Assembly: GCA_963662945.1 (NCBI GenBank)
Contig: OY759974.1
Location: 32,001 to 96,000 of the forward strand
Length of the DNA: 64,000 nt
Direction: 5' to 3'
Origin: Arcobacteraceae bacterium
GTDB taxonomy: Bacteria > Campylobacterota > Campylobacteria > Campylobacterales > Arcobacteraceae
Below, piece by piece: positions 1-10,920 of this stretch (position 1 is its first letter; each line of letters begins with the position of its first letter). The notes under the pieces are model-generated. The model was not told the origin of the DNA, did not search any database, and saw only the letters and a list, made by a program, of their open reading frames with translations. A program made the position numbers and the translations under genes.

Positions 1-1
1 A

Positions 2-1240
2 AACTCAATACTTTTTACAATCACAATTACATTTGTAATATCAATATTTTTTATGTTGATAAGCTTTGTAATTCTCTATGAAAACTCACAAAAAAGCACA
101 CAAGAATTTATGTTTAAAAGATCAATTGATGTATCAAAAACAATTTTACGGGAATGTAAAGGTGGCGTTGTTACAGAAGACTTAATCGTACATCTTAAAC
201 GGATGGATTTCTCCATGTTTATTGATAAAAAGGAACAAGCTGAGATACTTAATAATCCACACATAGTTATATTGATGGAAAAACAAAAAAGATACTCTAT
301 GATAGCATTATTAAAACTTGAAGGTAAATATTATGCTCATGTTCAAACACCTCATTTAGATGTTTTAGTCAAAGATAATATTGATATACCAGACAATAAA
401 ACTACTCTTATTATAGTTGCTTTTTCTGTTGTATCATTATTTATACTTTTGTATCTTTTGACCTTAAAAAAGCTATTAAAAATCAATATTTTAAAAGACA
501 AAGTAAAACACTTAGCAAATGAAAATTTTGATATAGATTGTGCTACAAATCATCAAGATGAAATATCTCAGCTTTCAAATGAGTTCCATAAAACAGCAAA
601 AAAACTAAAACTTCTCAAAGAATCAAGGGATGTATTTATTCGAAATATTATGCATGAATTAAAAACACCTATTATTAAAGGGAAATTTCTTACACAACTA
701 GAAGTTACAGAAGAAAACCAAAATAAAATGGAAAAAGTGTTTTATAGGCTGGAATCTTTGATAAATGAGTTTGCAACTATTGAAGAGCTTATTTCATCTC
801 GTAAAAAAATAGAAAAAAAGTCTTACTTTTTAGAGGATTTAGTTGATGATGCTATAGATATTTTGATGTGTGAAGAAGATGAAGTTGAAAAACATATAGA
901 AAACTTTAAGATAGAGGTTGATTTTAAATTATTTTGTATTGCTTTAAAAAACCTTATTGATAATGGTATAAAATACTCTAAAAATAAGAAAGTAATCATA
1001 AAAACAGATGAAGATAAGATTATCTTACAAAATAGTGGCGAAAAATTATTATATCCTCTTGAAAACTATTTTGAACCTTTTTTTAAAGGAGATAATATAA
1101 AATCAAATCAAAGTTTTGGTTTGGGACTTTATATTGTAAAAAATATATTAGATGCAAATGGTTTTACACTAGAATATGAATATAATGATGGATTTAATAA
1201 CTTTATTATTAAAAAAACATCAAATGATCTTTTATGCTAA
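2..1240 (+). CDS. Two-component sensor histidine kinase (ArsS/RacS-like; TM-HAMP-HisKA-HATPase), 5' end outside the window
   Basis: H-box FIRNIMHELKTP, N-box LKNLIDNGIKY, G2 SFGLGLYIV, HAMP-like DEISQLSNEF. The frame stays open upstream of ATG 53 to the window edge (NSILFTITITFVISIFF). Confidence 0.9.
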   Translation, partial: NSILFTITITFVISIFFMLISFVILYENSQKSTQEFMFKRSIDVSKTILRECKGGVVTEDLIVHLKRMDFSMFIDKKEQAEILNNPHIVILMEKQKRYSMIALLKLEGKYYAHVQTPHLDVLVKDNIDIPDNKTTLIIVAFSVVSLFILLYLLTLKKLLKINILKDKVKHLANENFDIDCATNHQDEISQLSNEFHKTAKKLKLLKESRDVFIRNIMHELKTPIIKGKFLTQLEVTEENQNKMEKVFYRLESLINEFATIEELISSRKKIEKKSYFLEDLVDDAIDILMCEEDEVEKHIENFKIEVDFKLFCIALKNLIDNGIKYSKNKKVIIKTDEDKIILQNSGEKLLYPLENYFEPFFKGDNIKSNQSFGLGLYIVKNILDANGFTLEYEYNDGFNNFIIKKTSNDLLC

Positions 1241-2106
1241 AAATTTCGTTTAAAAATATCATTCAATCTTATCAAGAACTTAAATCTTCTGTTAGTGCAT
1301 TAAAAGGTGGAGATATAATTGAAGTTGAAATTATAGACAAACAACTTGATTTTAAAGCATTAGTAGATTTAGCTCAAAGTTTATACTGTAAAGTTCTCTT
1401 TCCTAAAGTGTTACAAGAAGGTTTTATTATAGTCTTACAAAAACTTCATCTTGAAAACTCTTTTCATAAGGAGATAAATGACGTGGAAACAAAATATGGT
1501 GTAAACTCATCGTTTGCAACCATAGATAAAACTTCCCAACCTGCATTTATCCTTCACTATTTAAAAGCTTTAGAAAGTGTTCAATTAGAAAAAAGAAAAA
1601 GAGTTTTAAATCTTGGAGTAAATAGTGGAGAAGAGTTTGAAATTATCAAAGAGTATTCAAAAGATTTTGCAAACTTAGAGCTTGTAGGAGTTGATTATTG
1701 TTCAAGTGCCATACAAAAAGCACAAGAAAAATTTAAAGAGGATTCAAATACCTTATTTTTAGAAGGGGATATTAACAATCTTGAAGAGTTAAATCTTGGT
1801 AAATTTGATGTTATTATCACTATTGGGACTTTACAAAGTAGCAATATAGACTTCAATAAAACTTTTATGAATATAGTACAAAATTATCTTGAAAAAGATG
1901 GCGCTATGATTTTAGGATTTCCAAATTGTCGTTGGATCGATGGAGAGATGATATATGGAGCGATGGTAAAAAACTACAATTATTCAGAACTTTCAAATCT
2001 TTATAAAGATGTAAATTTTTGCAAAAAATATCTTCAACAAAAGAAGTTCAGAGTTACAATCACAGGGAAAGATTATATCTTTTTAACAGCTACTTCTATT
2101 AAGTAA
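1234..2106 (+). CDS. Class I SAM-dependent methyltransferase, substrate unknown
   Basis: Motif I-like VLNLGVNSGE, motif II VGVDY, GDI, FDVIITIG; overlaps the kinase stop codon. Confidence 0.75.
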   Translation: MLKISFKNIIQSYQELKSSVSALKGGDIIEVEIIDKQLDFKALVDLAQSLYCKVLFPKVLQEGFIIVLQKLHLENSFHKEINDVETKYGVNSSFATIDKTSQPAFILHYLKALESVQLEKRKRVLNLGVNSGEEFEIIKEYSKDFANLELVGVDYCSSAIQKAQEKFKEDSNTLFLEGDINNLEELNLGKFDVIITIGTLQSSNIDFNKTFMNIVQNYLEKDGAMILGFPNCRWIDGEMIYGAMVKNYNYSELSNLYKDVNFCKKYLQQKKFRVTITGKDYIFLTATSIK

Positions 2107-2137
2107 CAATTTATTTGATTGGGTATAGACTATTGTT

Positions 2138-3484
2138 ATGAATACTCAAAACACAAATATCAAGCCCCTTTGGGGAGAAGAAACGCAAAAAAGTCTCAAC
2201 AATTTTAACATAGGTATTGAAACTATGCCAGATGAGTTTATAAAAGCCTATGCTTATTTAAAAAAGTGTTGTGCTATTGTAAATAATAAGAGTAAAAAGC
2301 TAGAAAAACAAAAATCACAACTAATTGTACAAGTTTGCGATGAAATTATCCAAAACAAACATACAGAACAGTTTCCTCTACGTATCTGGCAAACAGGAAG
2401 CGGTACTCATACCAATATGAATCTCAATGAAGTGATAGCCAATAGAGCTTCACAACTCAATACAACTGTTGTATTACATCCAAATGATGATGTAAATATG
2501 TCACAAAGTAGCAATGATACTTTTCCAACAGCTATGAAGATAGCTACTACACTTCAAATCCCTAACCTTTTAGAAGCAATAGAGAGACTCAAACACAGTT
2601 TTCAAACAAAACAAAAAGAGTTTGAAGGGATTGTAAAAGTAGGGCGAACACATCTTCAAGATGCTGTCCCATTATTTTTAAGTGATGAGTTAAGTGGCTA
2701 TATCGCTATGCTAGAACACTCAAAATCACAAATCAAAGATACACTCAAATATATCAATGAACTTCCAATAGGAGCAACAGCCGTTGGAAATGGGATAAAT
2801 ACTCCACCAAATTTCTCACAACAAGTGTGTGATGAGCTTAATAACGTGCTTCAAACACAGTTTATCTCCCATCCAAATAAGTTTCAATCGTTAACTTCCC
2901 ACGATAGTGAAACTTTTTTAAGCGGTGCTTTAAATGCACTTGCTTCAAATATGATGAAAATAGCAAATGATATAAGATGGCTAAGTAGTGGTCCAAAATG
3001 TGGACTAGGGGAGTTAACTATTCCTGCAAATGAAAAAGGCAGCTCCATAATGCCAGGGAAAGTAAATCCAACACAAGCAGAAGCTATCACAATGATAGCT
3101 GTACAAGTGATGGGAAATCATACAACCATAAGTGTAGCTGCTAGTCAAGGGAATTTTGAGCTGAATGTTTTTAAACCTGTAATTATCTATAATCTTTTAC
3201 AATCAATAAGACTTTTAAGTGATGGGATAAACTCTTTTAGTAAGAATTGCATAGATGGTTTAGGTGCAAACAAAGCAAAGATAGAAGAAAATCTAAACAA
3301 TGCTTTCATGTGTGCAACAGCTTTAAATCCACATATAGGATATAAAAATTCAGAAAAAATAGTACAATTTGCCTATGAAAATAATCTTACACTAAAGCAG
3401 TCAGCTCTGCAATTAGCTCTTTTAAGTGAGGAGGAGTTTGATAAATATATGGTGGTTCAAAATATAGCTAAATGTAATATCTAG
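2138..3484 (+). CDS. fumC: Class II fumarate hydratase
   Basis: WQTGSGT, HPNDDVNMSQSSNDTFPTAM, GRTHLQDA and the signature GSSIMPGKVNPTQ. Confidence 0.93.
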   Translation: MNTQNTNIKPLWGEETQKSLNNFNIGIETMPDEFIKAYAYLKKCCAIVNNKSKKLEKQKSQLIVQVCDEIIQNKHTEQFPLRIWQTGSGTHTNMNLNEVIANRASQLNTTVVLHPNDDVNMSQSSNDTFPTAMKIATTLQIPNLLEAIERLKHSFQTKQKEFEGIVKVGRTHLQDAVPLFLSDELSGYIAMLEHSKSQIKDTLKYINELPIGATAVGNGINTPPNFSQQVCDELNNVLQTQFISHPNKFQSLTSHDSETFLSGALNALASNMMKIANDIRWLSSGPKCGLGELTIPANEKGSSIMPGKVNPTQAEAITMIAVQVMGNHTTISVAASQGNFELNVFKPVIIYNLLQSIRLLSDGINSFSKNCIDGLGANKAKIEENLNNAFMCATALNPHIGYKNSEKIVQFAYENNLTLKQSALQLALLSEEEFDKYMVVQNIAKCNI

Positions 3485-3486
3485 GG

Positions 3487-3738
3487 CTATTCATCCCCAT
3501 TCTTATAAAAATTCTCTAAAATCAAACTATCAGTAATCTGGTTTTTAAACAACGCATCTTCATGTTGTTGTTTTAAAAACTTATTTTCCTCTTTAAGTGA
3601 GATAAATTGCGTATTGAGTTTGTTTATATCTTTACTTACATAATAGATGTTATTTTGTAAATATATCTTTGGCATAAAAAATACTAAAGTGATAAAAAGT
3701 GCAGAAAAAACTATTAAAAGTGCTTTTTTAGGAGTCAA
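3487..3738 (-). CDS. Small bitopic protein, FtsL-like cell division protein
   Basis: One N-terminal TM helix followed by a coiled coil; directly downstream of rsmH, matching the conserved rsmH-ftsL order. Confidence 0.6.
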   Translation of the reverse strand: MTPKKALLIVFSALFITLVFFMPKIYLQNNIYYVSKDINKLNTQFISLKEENKFLKQQHEDALFKNQITDSLILENFYKNGDE

Positions 3739-4642
3739 ATTTAAATATCCTCATTTTAGAGCTTCTACTTCTTGGATTTTGTTTTATCTCAAGTGCTGTT
3801 GGTATGATAGGTTTCTTTGTGATAACTTTCCCTTTTTGATGGTTGTTTCCACAAGTACATCGCATCACTTGAGGGGGACAAATACATTTTTGAGTCCATT
3901 TTTTAAAATAGTTTTTTACTATTCTGTCCTCTAAAGAGTGAAAAGAGATGATAGCTACTAAAGTATCTTTGAAGTTTGCAGATTCTATTTTATCAAATAA
4001 CTCTTCTAAAACACCAAGTTCATTGTTCACTTCTATTCTTATACCTTGAAATGGAAGTGTTGCTGGATGAAGCTTCCCTTTGTACATATGTTTACTTAAA
4101 AATTGTGCTAACTCTTTACTACTGTTAAAGGGTCTATTTTGTACTATAAGAGAGGCTACTTTTTTATACTCTTTTACCTCTCCATAGTTTTTAAAGATAT
4201 CTTCTAATTGATTTTGTGAGTAGTGATTGACCACTTCGTTAGCACTTAGGTGTTGATTTTGATCCATTCTCATATCAAGAGTATCACCTTCAAATCCAAA
4301 GCCTCTATCATTTTTATCAAGTTGCAAAGAAGAAACACCAATATCTGCTAAAATCCCAACGATTTTTTTATCTTTAAAAGTATCAATCACATTTTTGAAA
4401 TTGCCTTTATTGAAAATAATTCTATTCTCAAATTTTTCTAATCTTTTTTTAGAAAAAGCCAAAGCTTCATCATCTTGATCATTACAAATAAGTTTGATAT
4501 TTGGATTGGATTCTAAAATCCCTTCTGAGTGTCCACCATAACCTAAAGTACAGTCAATAATATAACCATCTTTTAAATCTTTAAAAGTTTCGATAACTTC
4601 ATTGAAAAGTACAGGTATATGTGGTATTTGATTGTCATCCAA
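3728..4642 (-). CDS. rsmH: 16S rRNA m4C1402 methyltransferase
   Basis: HIPVL, DCTLGYGGHS, DIGVSSLQLD, LDMRMD, ISFHSLEDRIVK, NPRSRSSKMR. Confidence 0.97.
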   Translation of the reverse strand: MDDNQIPHIPVLFNEVIETFKDLKDGYIIDCTLGYGGHSEGILESNPNIKLICNDQDDEALAFSKKRLEKFENRIIFNKGNFKNVIDTFKDKKIVGILADIGVSSLQLDKNDRGFGFEGDTLDMRMDQNQHLSANEVVNHYSQNQLEDIFKNYGEVKEYKKVASLIVQNRPFNSSKELAQFLSKHMYKGKLHPATLPFQGIRIEVNNELGVLEELFDKIESANFKDTLVAIISFHSLEDRIVKNYFKKWTQKCICPPQVMRCTCGNNHQKGKVITKKPIIPTALEIKQNPRSRSSKMRIFKFDS

Positions 4643-4718
4643 GGGTTAATCCTATTTAATGTTTTGATTTGGTATCATATCAAAATATTAATTAAAGGGC
4701 AATCCTTAAAGGTAAAGT

Positions 4719-5321
4719 ATGATTGATAAAAAAATAGTTAACCATTTGGCCAAGATTTCACTTGCATTATTTAGAAAAAACTTTTTCGGTATTTATCATG
4801 GTTCTATATCAAAAAAAATAGACCATAATAGGTTTATTATCAATAAAAAAGATGCAATATTTGATGAGATAGAAGAATCTACACTTTGTCAGCTCTCTAT
4901 GAATATTCATGATTATAGTTGGGATTTAGCAAGTGTTGATGCTGTTATTCATAGTGCCATTTATACACAAATTCATGAGGCTAAATATATCTCTTGTGGT
5001 ATGCCACCTTATACTACAGCATACGCTTTAGAACATGATACTATAGAGTGTGAAGATTATTTTGGGAAAATGACTTTTGGGACATTAACAGTATATGACC
5101 CTGGTGATTTTGAAACTTGGTATGATAGAAACTTTGTCGAAGTTCCAAAATTACTCAAAGCATCACCAAACAATCTTATAGTTATAAAAGGTGTTGGTGT
5201 ATATGTTTATGATAGAGATATGAATAACCTTGTAAAAAAAGTGGCAATTCTTGAAAGTAGTTGTAGAATTTTAGCTCTCAAATCACTTTGTAAAGATAGT
5301 TCAATAGAAGCTTTGGCATAA
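4719..5321 (+). CDS. Class II aldolase/adducin-family protein
   Basis: HGSIS, ASVDAVIHSAIY and LIVIKGVGV patterns of the aldolase II fold; metal-binding His residues appear incomplete. Confidence 0.7.
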   Translation: MIDKKIVNHLAKISLALFRKNFFGIYHGSISKKIDHNRFIINKKDAIFDEIEESTLCQLSMNIHDYSWDLASVDAVIHSAIYTQIHEAKYISCGMPPYTTAYALEHDTIECEDYFGKMTFGTLTVYDPGDFETWYDRNFVEVPKLLKASPNNLIVIKGVGVYVYDRDMNNLVKKVAILESSCRILALKSLCKDSSIEALA

Positions 5322-5486
5322 AATGTGTTACTTTTTTACATATATTAGTTTTGTGTAACTAATAATATGTAACAAAAATACACACGATCTACTATCTAAA
5401 GTAAAAAAATATTTAATAAAAATATAAAATAAGTGTTTTTAGCTAGAATTGTAATTGAAATAAAATTTACCAAAAGGACTTAATTT

Positions 5487-8051
5487 ATGAGTTTAGTTGC
5501 AAATTATAAAGCACATACAGAAGAAAGAGCAAAGCTAGGTGTTCCACCATTAGCTTTAACAGCAGAACAAGTTGCACAACTTGTTGAATTATTAAAAGCA
5601 TCTCCAATAGTTGATGAAGATTATTGCTTAGATATGTTTGAAAATAAAATTCCTGCAGGTGTTGATGATGCAGCATATGTAAAAGCGGCATTTTTAAATG
5701 ATATTGTTCAAGGAAATGTTTCTTGTGATGCTATCACACCAGTAAAAGCTTGTGAAATTTTAGGAAAAATGCTAGGTGGTTTTAATGTAACACCACTTGT
5801 TGAAGCACTTAAAATTGATTCTGTAGCAGAAGTTGCAGCAGAACAATTAAAAAATACACTTTTAGTATATGATGCATTTAATGATGTAAAAGCATTAATG
5901 GATCAAGGAAATGCAAAAGCAAAAGAGGTTGTTGAATCTTGGGCAAATGCAGAATGGTTTACAAATAGCCCAGCATTAGCAGAAGAGATGACACTTACAG
6001 TATATAAAATTCCTGGTGAAACAAATACAGATGATTTATCACCTGCAAGTGAAGCATTTACAAGAGCAGATATTCCATTACATGCAAACTCTATGTTAGT
6101 ATCAAGAATGGAAAATCCACTTGAAACTATGGCAGAACTTAAAACAAAAGGACATCCATTAGCTTACGTTGGAGATGTTGTAGGAACAGGAAGTTCTAGA
6201 AAATCAGGTATCAACTCTGTTCAATGGCATATGGGAGAAGATATTCCAGGTATTCCAAATAAAAGAACAGGTGGTGTTGTTATTGGTTCTATTATTGCTC
6301 CAATTTTCTTCAACACTGCAGAAGATTCAGGTTGTTTACCATTAGAAGCAAATGTTGATAACTTAGAAACTGGTGATGTAATTACTGTAAAACCTTATGA
6401 AGGTGTTATAGAAAAAGAGGGTGTTGTTGTATCTACATTTAAATTAAACCCAAATACAATCACAGATGAGATGAGAGCAGGGGGAAGAATTCCTCTTATT
6501 ATTGGAAAAGGATTAACAGCAAAAGCTAGAGAAGCTTTAGGTATGAGTCCATCTGATATGTTCTTAACTCCAGATCAACCAGAAGATGATGGAAAAGGAT
6601 TTACATTAGCTCAAAAAATGGTTGGAAAAGCTTGCGGTATGACTGGTGTTAAACCAGGTGTTTACTGTGAGCCAATAGCTACAACTGTAGGAAGTCAAGA
6701 TACAACTGGACCTATGACAAGAGATGAGATTAAAGAGCTTGCTGCACTTTCTTTTGGTGCTGATTTTGTTCTTCAATCATTTTGTCATACAGCTGCTTAC
6801 CCAAAACCAGCAGATATTGAGTTACAACACACATTACCAGATTTTTGGACAAGTAGAAAAGGGTTTATTTTAAGACCAGGTGATGGTGTTATCCACTCTT
6901 GGTTAAATAGAATGTGTTTACCAGATACAGTTGGTACTGGTGGAGATTCACATACAAGATTCCCTATTGGTATCTCATTCCCAGCTGGTTCTGGACTTGT
7001 TGCATTCGCAGGTGTTACAGGTATGATGCCTTTAACTATGCCAGAATCTGTTCTTGTAAGATTTAAAGGTGAAATGCAACCAGGTATTACTTTAAGAGAC
7101 CTTGTAAATGCAATCCCTTACCAAGCTATTAAAGATGGTTTACTTACTGTTGAGAAAAAAGGTAAGAAAAATATCTTCGCTGGACGTGTATTAGAGATTG
7201 AAGGTTTAGAAGATTTAAAATGTGAACAAGCGTTTGAGTTATCTGATGCGTCAGCTGAGAGAAGTGCTGCTGCTTGTACAGTTAAATTAAACAAAGAACC
7301 AATTATTGAATATTTAGAATCTAATATTGTTTTAATTGATGAGTTAATTGCACAAGGTTATGAAGATAAAGCAACACTGATGAGAAGAAGAGACAAGATG
7401 AAAGCTTGGCTTGCTAATCCAGAATTATTAGAAGCTGATGCTGATGCACAATATGCTGCAATTATTGAGATTGATTTAAATGAGATTAAAGAGCCAATTT
7501 TAGCATGTCCAAATGATCCAGATGATGTAAAAACACTTACAGAGATTCATGCAAGTGGATTACAAACAAAAATTGATGAAGTTTTTGTTGGTTCATGTAT
7601 GACAAATATTGGATTATTTAGAGCATTAGGTGAAGTTTTAAGGGGTGAGGGTGCTGTTCCTACAAAACTATGGGTTTGTCCTCCAACAAAAATGGATGAG
7701 AAACAATTAACAGAAGAGGGATACTATTCAGTATTTGGTATGGCAGGTGCAAGAACAGAGATTCCAGGATGTTCTTTATGTATGGGTAACCAAGCATCAG
7801 TTGCACAAAATGCTTATGTATTTAGTACATCTACAAGAAACTTTGACAATAGACTAGGACGTGGTTCGCAAGTATACTTAGGAAGTGCAGAGTTAGCTGC
7901 TGTTACAGCACTTAAAGGAAAATTACCAACTGCTGCTGAGTATATGGAGATAGTACCAAATAAAATTAAGCCAGAGATGACTGATAATGTTTATAAATAC
8001 CTAAACTTTAATAAAGTTAGTCAAAATGAACTAACAGCTATGGTTCAATAA
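5487..8051 (+). CDS. acnB: Aconitate hydratase B
   Basis: [35 protein letters not shown], and Fe-S cysteines GSCMTN and GCSLCMGNQ. Confidence 0.98.
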   Translation: MSLVANYKAHTEERAKLGVPPLALTAEQVAQLVELLKASPIVDEDYCLDMFENKIPAGVDDAAYVKAAFLNDIVQGNVSCDAITPVKACEILGKMLGGFNVTPLVEALKIDSVAEVAAEQLKNTLLVYDAFNDVKALMDQGNAKAKEVVESWANAEWFTNSPALAEEMTLTVYKIPGETNTDDLSPASEAFTRADIPLHANSMLVSRMENPLETMAELKTKGHPLAYVGDVVGTGSSRKSGINSVQWHMGEDIPGIPNKRTGGVVIGSIIAPIFFNTAEDSGCLPLEANVDNLETGDVITVKPYEGVIEKEGVVVSTFKLNPNTITDEMRAGGRIPLIIGKGLTAKAREALGMSPSDMFLTPDQPEDDGKGFTLAQKMVGKACGMTGVKPGVYCEPIATTVGSQDTTGPMTRDEIKELAALSFGADFVLQSFCHTAAYPKPADIELQHTLPDFWTSRKGFILRPGDGVIHSWLNRMCLPDTVGTGGDSHTRFPIGISFPAGSGLVAFAGVTGMMPLTMPESVLVRFKGEMQPGITLRDLVNAIPYQAIKDGLLTVEKKGKKNIFAGRVLEIEGLEDLKCEQAFELSDASAERSAAACTVKLNKEPIIEYLESNIVLIDELIAQGYEDKATLMRRRDKMKAWLANPELLEADADAQYAAIIEIDLNEIKEPILACPNDPDDVKTLTEIHASGLQTKIDEVFVGSCMTNIGLFRALGEVLRGEGAVPTKLWVCPPTKMDEKQLTEEGYYSVFGMAGARTEIPGCSLCMGNQASVAQNAYVFSTSTRNFDNRLGRGSQVYLGSAELAAVTALKGKLPTAAEYMEIVPNKIKPEMTDNVYKYLNFNKVSQNELTAMVQ

Positions 8052-8077
8052 TAAAATTAAAATTAGTTATAAAAATT

Positions 8078-8110
8078 AAAAGCCCTACTATTACTAGTGG
8101 GGCTTTTTTT
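8078..8110 (+). terminator. Rho-independent terminator after acnB
   Basis: Stem AAAAGCCCTACTA / TAGTGGGGCTTTT (one G-U pair), 4-nt loop, followed by a T tract. Confidence 0.85.
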
Positions 8111-8174
8111 ATTAATATAAATTTGTTACAATGATGAGAAATATTAAATAATCCTCATAAAAAAGGTATCTTAT

Positions 8175-10874
8175 ATGCAACATCTTGTAGAGCAAAACTG
8201 GCATAGTATTCCCTCTAATGAAATTGTAGAGATATTACAAAGTGATATTCATGATGGACTAGGGCCTTTAAGTATAAAACACAAAACAGAGTTATTTGGT
8301 AAAAATATTCTTGAAAATAAAAAAGGTTCTTCTCTTTTAGAAAAGTTTTTTATACAATTTCACAATGCACTCATATATATTTTACTTGCAGCTTCACTTG
8401 TCACAGCTTATCTTGGAGAATGGATAGATAGTATTGTTATTTTTAGTGTTGTCATTATCAATGTTATTATTGGTTTTGTTCAAGAAGTAAAAGCACAAGA
8501 AGCTATCGATTCTTTAAAAAATATGATGACTACGGAAGCTGTTGTTATACGAGATGGTAAAAAAATATCTATTTCCTCTGTTGATTTAGTGCCAGGAGAT
8601 ATAGTTCTTCTTGAATCAGGTTCAAAAATACCTGCAGATATAAGAATTTTAACTCAAAAAGATATTAAAGTTGATGAATCAATGCTTACAGGAGAATCTG
8701 TAAGTGTTTCTAAAAACACAGAACTTTGTAGCCAAGATGTTACTCTTAATGATAGAAAAAATATGCTGTATTCTGGCACTTTTGTGACCTATGGAAGAGC
8801 AAAGGGAATCGTTGTAGCTATCTCTAAATATACACAAATAGGAAAGATTGCTGATCTTATTGATAATACAGTCTCTTTAGAAACTCCTCTTACAAAAAAA
8901 ATATCTTATTTTTCAAAAGTATTGTTAATACTTATACTTATTTTGGCTGGTTTAACATTTTTAGTCGGTATTGTAAGAGAAAACAGTATTATAGACACTT
9001 TTATGGCTTCTGTTGCTTTGGCTGTTGGTGCTATTCCAGAAGGATTACCTGCTGCTGTTACTATTACTCTTGCTATTGGTGTAAGTCGAATGGCAAAGAA
9101 AAATTCTATTATAAGAAAACTTCCAGCGGTAGAGACATTGGGAAGTGTAACAACAATATGTTCTGATAAAACCGGAACATTAACACAAAATAAAATGACA
9201 GTTATAAATATTTTTTGTGGAAAAAAATCTTATGAAATTACTGGAAATGGCTATGAACCAAAAGGAAATTTTCTTCTGGATGGAGAAATTATTACAGATT
9301 ATCCACTTAATATAAAAGAAGTATTACAAGCTGGTTATTTATGTAATGAGTCTTATTTAGTTTTAAAAGATGAAATATACAGTATTAAAGGTGATCCTAC
9401 AGAAGGTGCTTTAATTGTAAGTTGTCTTAAAGCTGGATATGATGAACATAGTTTAGAAAATACTTTTCCAAGAATTGATATTTTACCTTTTGAATCTGAT
9501 AAACAATATATGGCTACTTTGCATCAAGATCAACAAACAAATCAAAATACCGTATTTATAAAAGGTTCAGTAGAAAAAATTTTGGAAATTTGTGACTTTG
9601 AAATGCTTGATAGTAGTAATATTCCTATCAATATTGATTCTATATATGAACAAGTCAATCAATATGCAACAGAAGGATTAAGAGTTTTAGCCCTTGCAAA
9701 AAAAACTACACGACTAGATACTATAGATACAGAAGAACTTATGAATGGTTTTACATTTTTAGGACTTCAAGCGATGATGGATCCTCCTAGAGATGAAGCT
9801 ATTGATGCTGTAAAAAAATGTCATAATGCAGGTATAAATATTATTATGATTACAGGAGATCACGCCTTAACAGCTTTTTCTATAGCAAAAATGATAACAA
9901 TTGTTCCCCAAAATGATAGCTTTGAAAAAAGTGTTTTAACTGGAAAAGAACTTTTTACTCTTAACGATGAAGAACTTATAGAAAAAGTAGCAAAAGTCAA
10001 AGTATTTGCAAGGGTAGAACCTGAACAAAAATTGCGAATAGTAGATGCATTACAAGCTCGTGGAGAAATAGTTGCCATGACAGGCGATGGGGTAAATGAT
10101 GCTCCAGCACTGAAACAGGCAAATATCGGTATAGCAATGGGTCAAGGGGGAACTGAAGTAGCAAAAGAAGCAGCTGATATGATATTAAGTGATGACAATT
10201 TTAGTTCAATTGAAAGAGCTGTAAAAGAGGGGAGAAATGTTTTTGATAATCTTGTTAAATTTATTACTTGGACATTACCTACAAATCTAGGAGAAGGTTT
10301 AGTAATATTATTTTCAATTATGTTAGGTGTGACTTTACCTATTTTACCTTTACAAATACTATGGATTAATATGTCTACAGCCATCTTCCTAGGACTTATG
10401 CTTGTTTTTGAACCAAGTGAAAAAAATATTATGAATAGAGCTCCAAGAGACCCAAAAGAACCCCTTATGACAAAAGTAATGGTTACACAAATGTTAGTAG
10501 TTGGATTGTATATGTTAGTAGCCTCATATACAATGTTTAATTATATGATAACACTTGGTTATACGGTAGAATATGCACGAACTGTTGCTGTTAATATCTT
10601 TGTATTTATTGAACTCTTTTATCTTTTTAGTTGTAAACAATTAGAACTCTCAATTTTTAAAACAAATATATTGGATAATAAACTTTTATTAGTTGGTGTT
10701 AGTTTTATGGTATTTTTACAGTTAGTATTTACACATACTTCATTTATGAATAATATCTTCAAAAGTGAACCTCTAAACTTAGAAACATGGGTAGCTATCA
10801 TAGTGATATCTTTTTGTGTTGTTTTTGTTGTAGAAATAAAAAAAATAATCGAACTAAAAATAAATCGATTTTAA
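8175..10874 (+). CDS. P-type cation-transporting ATPase (type IIA, Ca2+-like)
   Basis: TGES, PEGL, phosphorylation site DKTGT, TGDGVNDAPALK, QILWIN; about 10 TM segments. Confidence 0.92.
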   Translation: MQHLVEQNWHSIPSNEIVEILQSDIHDGLGPLSIKHKTELFGKNILENKKGSSLLEKFFIQFHNALIYILLAASLVTAYLGEWIDSIVIFSVVIINVIIGFVQEVKAQEAIDSLKNMMTTEAVVIRDGKKISISSVDLVPGDIVLLESGSKIPADIRILTQKDIKVDESMLTGESVSVSKNTELCSQDVTLNDRKNMLYSGTFVTYGRAKGIVVAISKYTQIGKIADLIDNTVSLETPLTKKISYFSKVLLILILILAGLTFLVGIVRENSIIDTFMASVALAVGAIPEGLPAAVTITLAIGVSRMAKKNSIIRKLPAVETLGSVTTICSDKTGTLTQNKMTVINIFCGKKSYEITGNGYEPKGNFLLDGEIITDYPLNIKEVLQAGYLCNESYLVLKDEIYSIKGDPTEGALIVSCLKAGYDEHSLENTFPRIDILPFESDKQYMATLHQDQQTNQNTVFIKGSVEKILEICDFEMLDSSNIPINIDSIYEQVNQYATEGLRVLALAKKTTRLDTIDTEELMNGFTFLGLQAMMDPPRDEAIDAVKKCHNAGINIIMITGDHALTAFSIAKMITIVPQNDSFEKSVLTGKELFTLNDEELIEKVAKVKVFARVEPEQKLRIVDALQARGEIVAMTGDGVNDAPALKQANIGIAMGQGGTEVAKEAADMILSDDNFSSIERAVKEGRNVFDNLVKFITWTLPTNLGEGLVILFSIMLGVTLPILPLQILWINMSTAIFLGLMLVFEPSEKNIMNRAPRDPKEPLMTKVMVTQMLVVGLYMLVASYTMFNYMITLGYTVEYARTVAVNIFVFIELFYLFSCKQLELSIFKTNILDNKLLLVGVSFMVFLQLVFTHTSFMNNIFKSEPLNLETWVAIIVISFCVVFVVEIKKIIELKINRF

Positions 10875-10920
10875 ATCCATATTAGATATAATACATTTTT
10901 TAATATATGAGGATGAAATA

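Noticed and set aside
4719-5321. Functional fuculose-phosphate aldolase or methylthioribulose dehydratase assignment
   Set aside because: The HxH metal-binding motif is replaced (ISCGMP) and there is no pathway context, so only the fold family is called.
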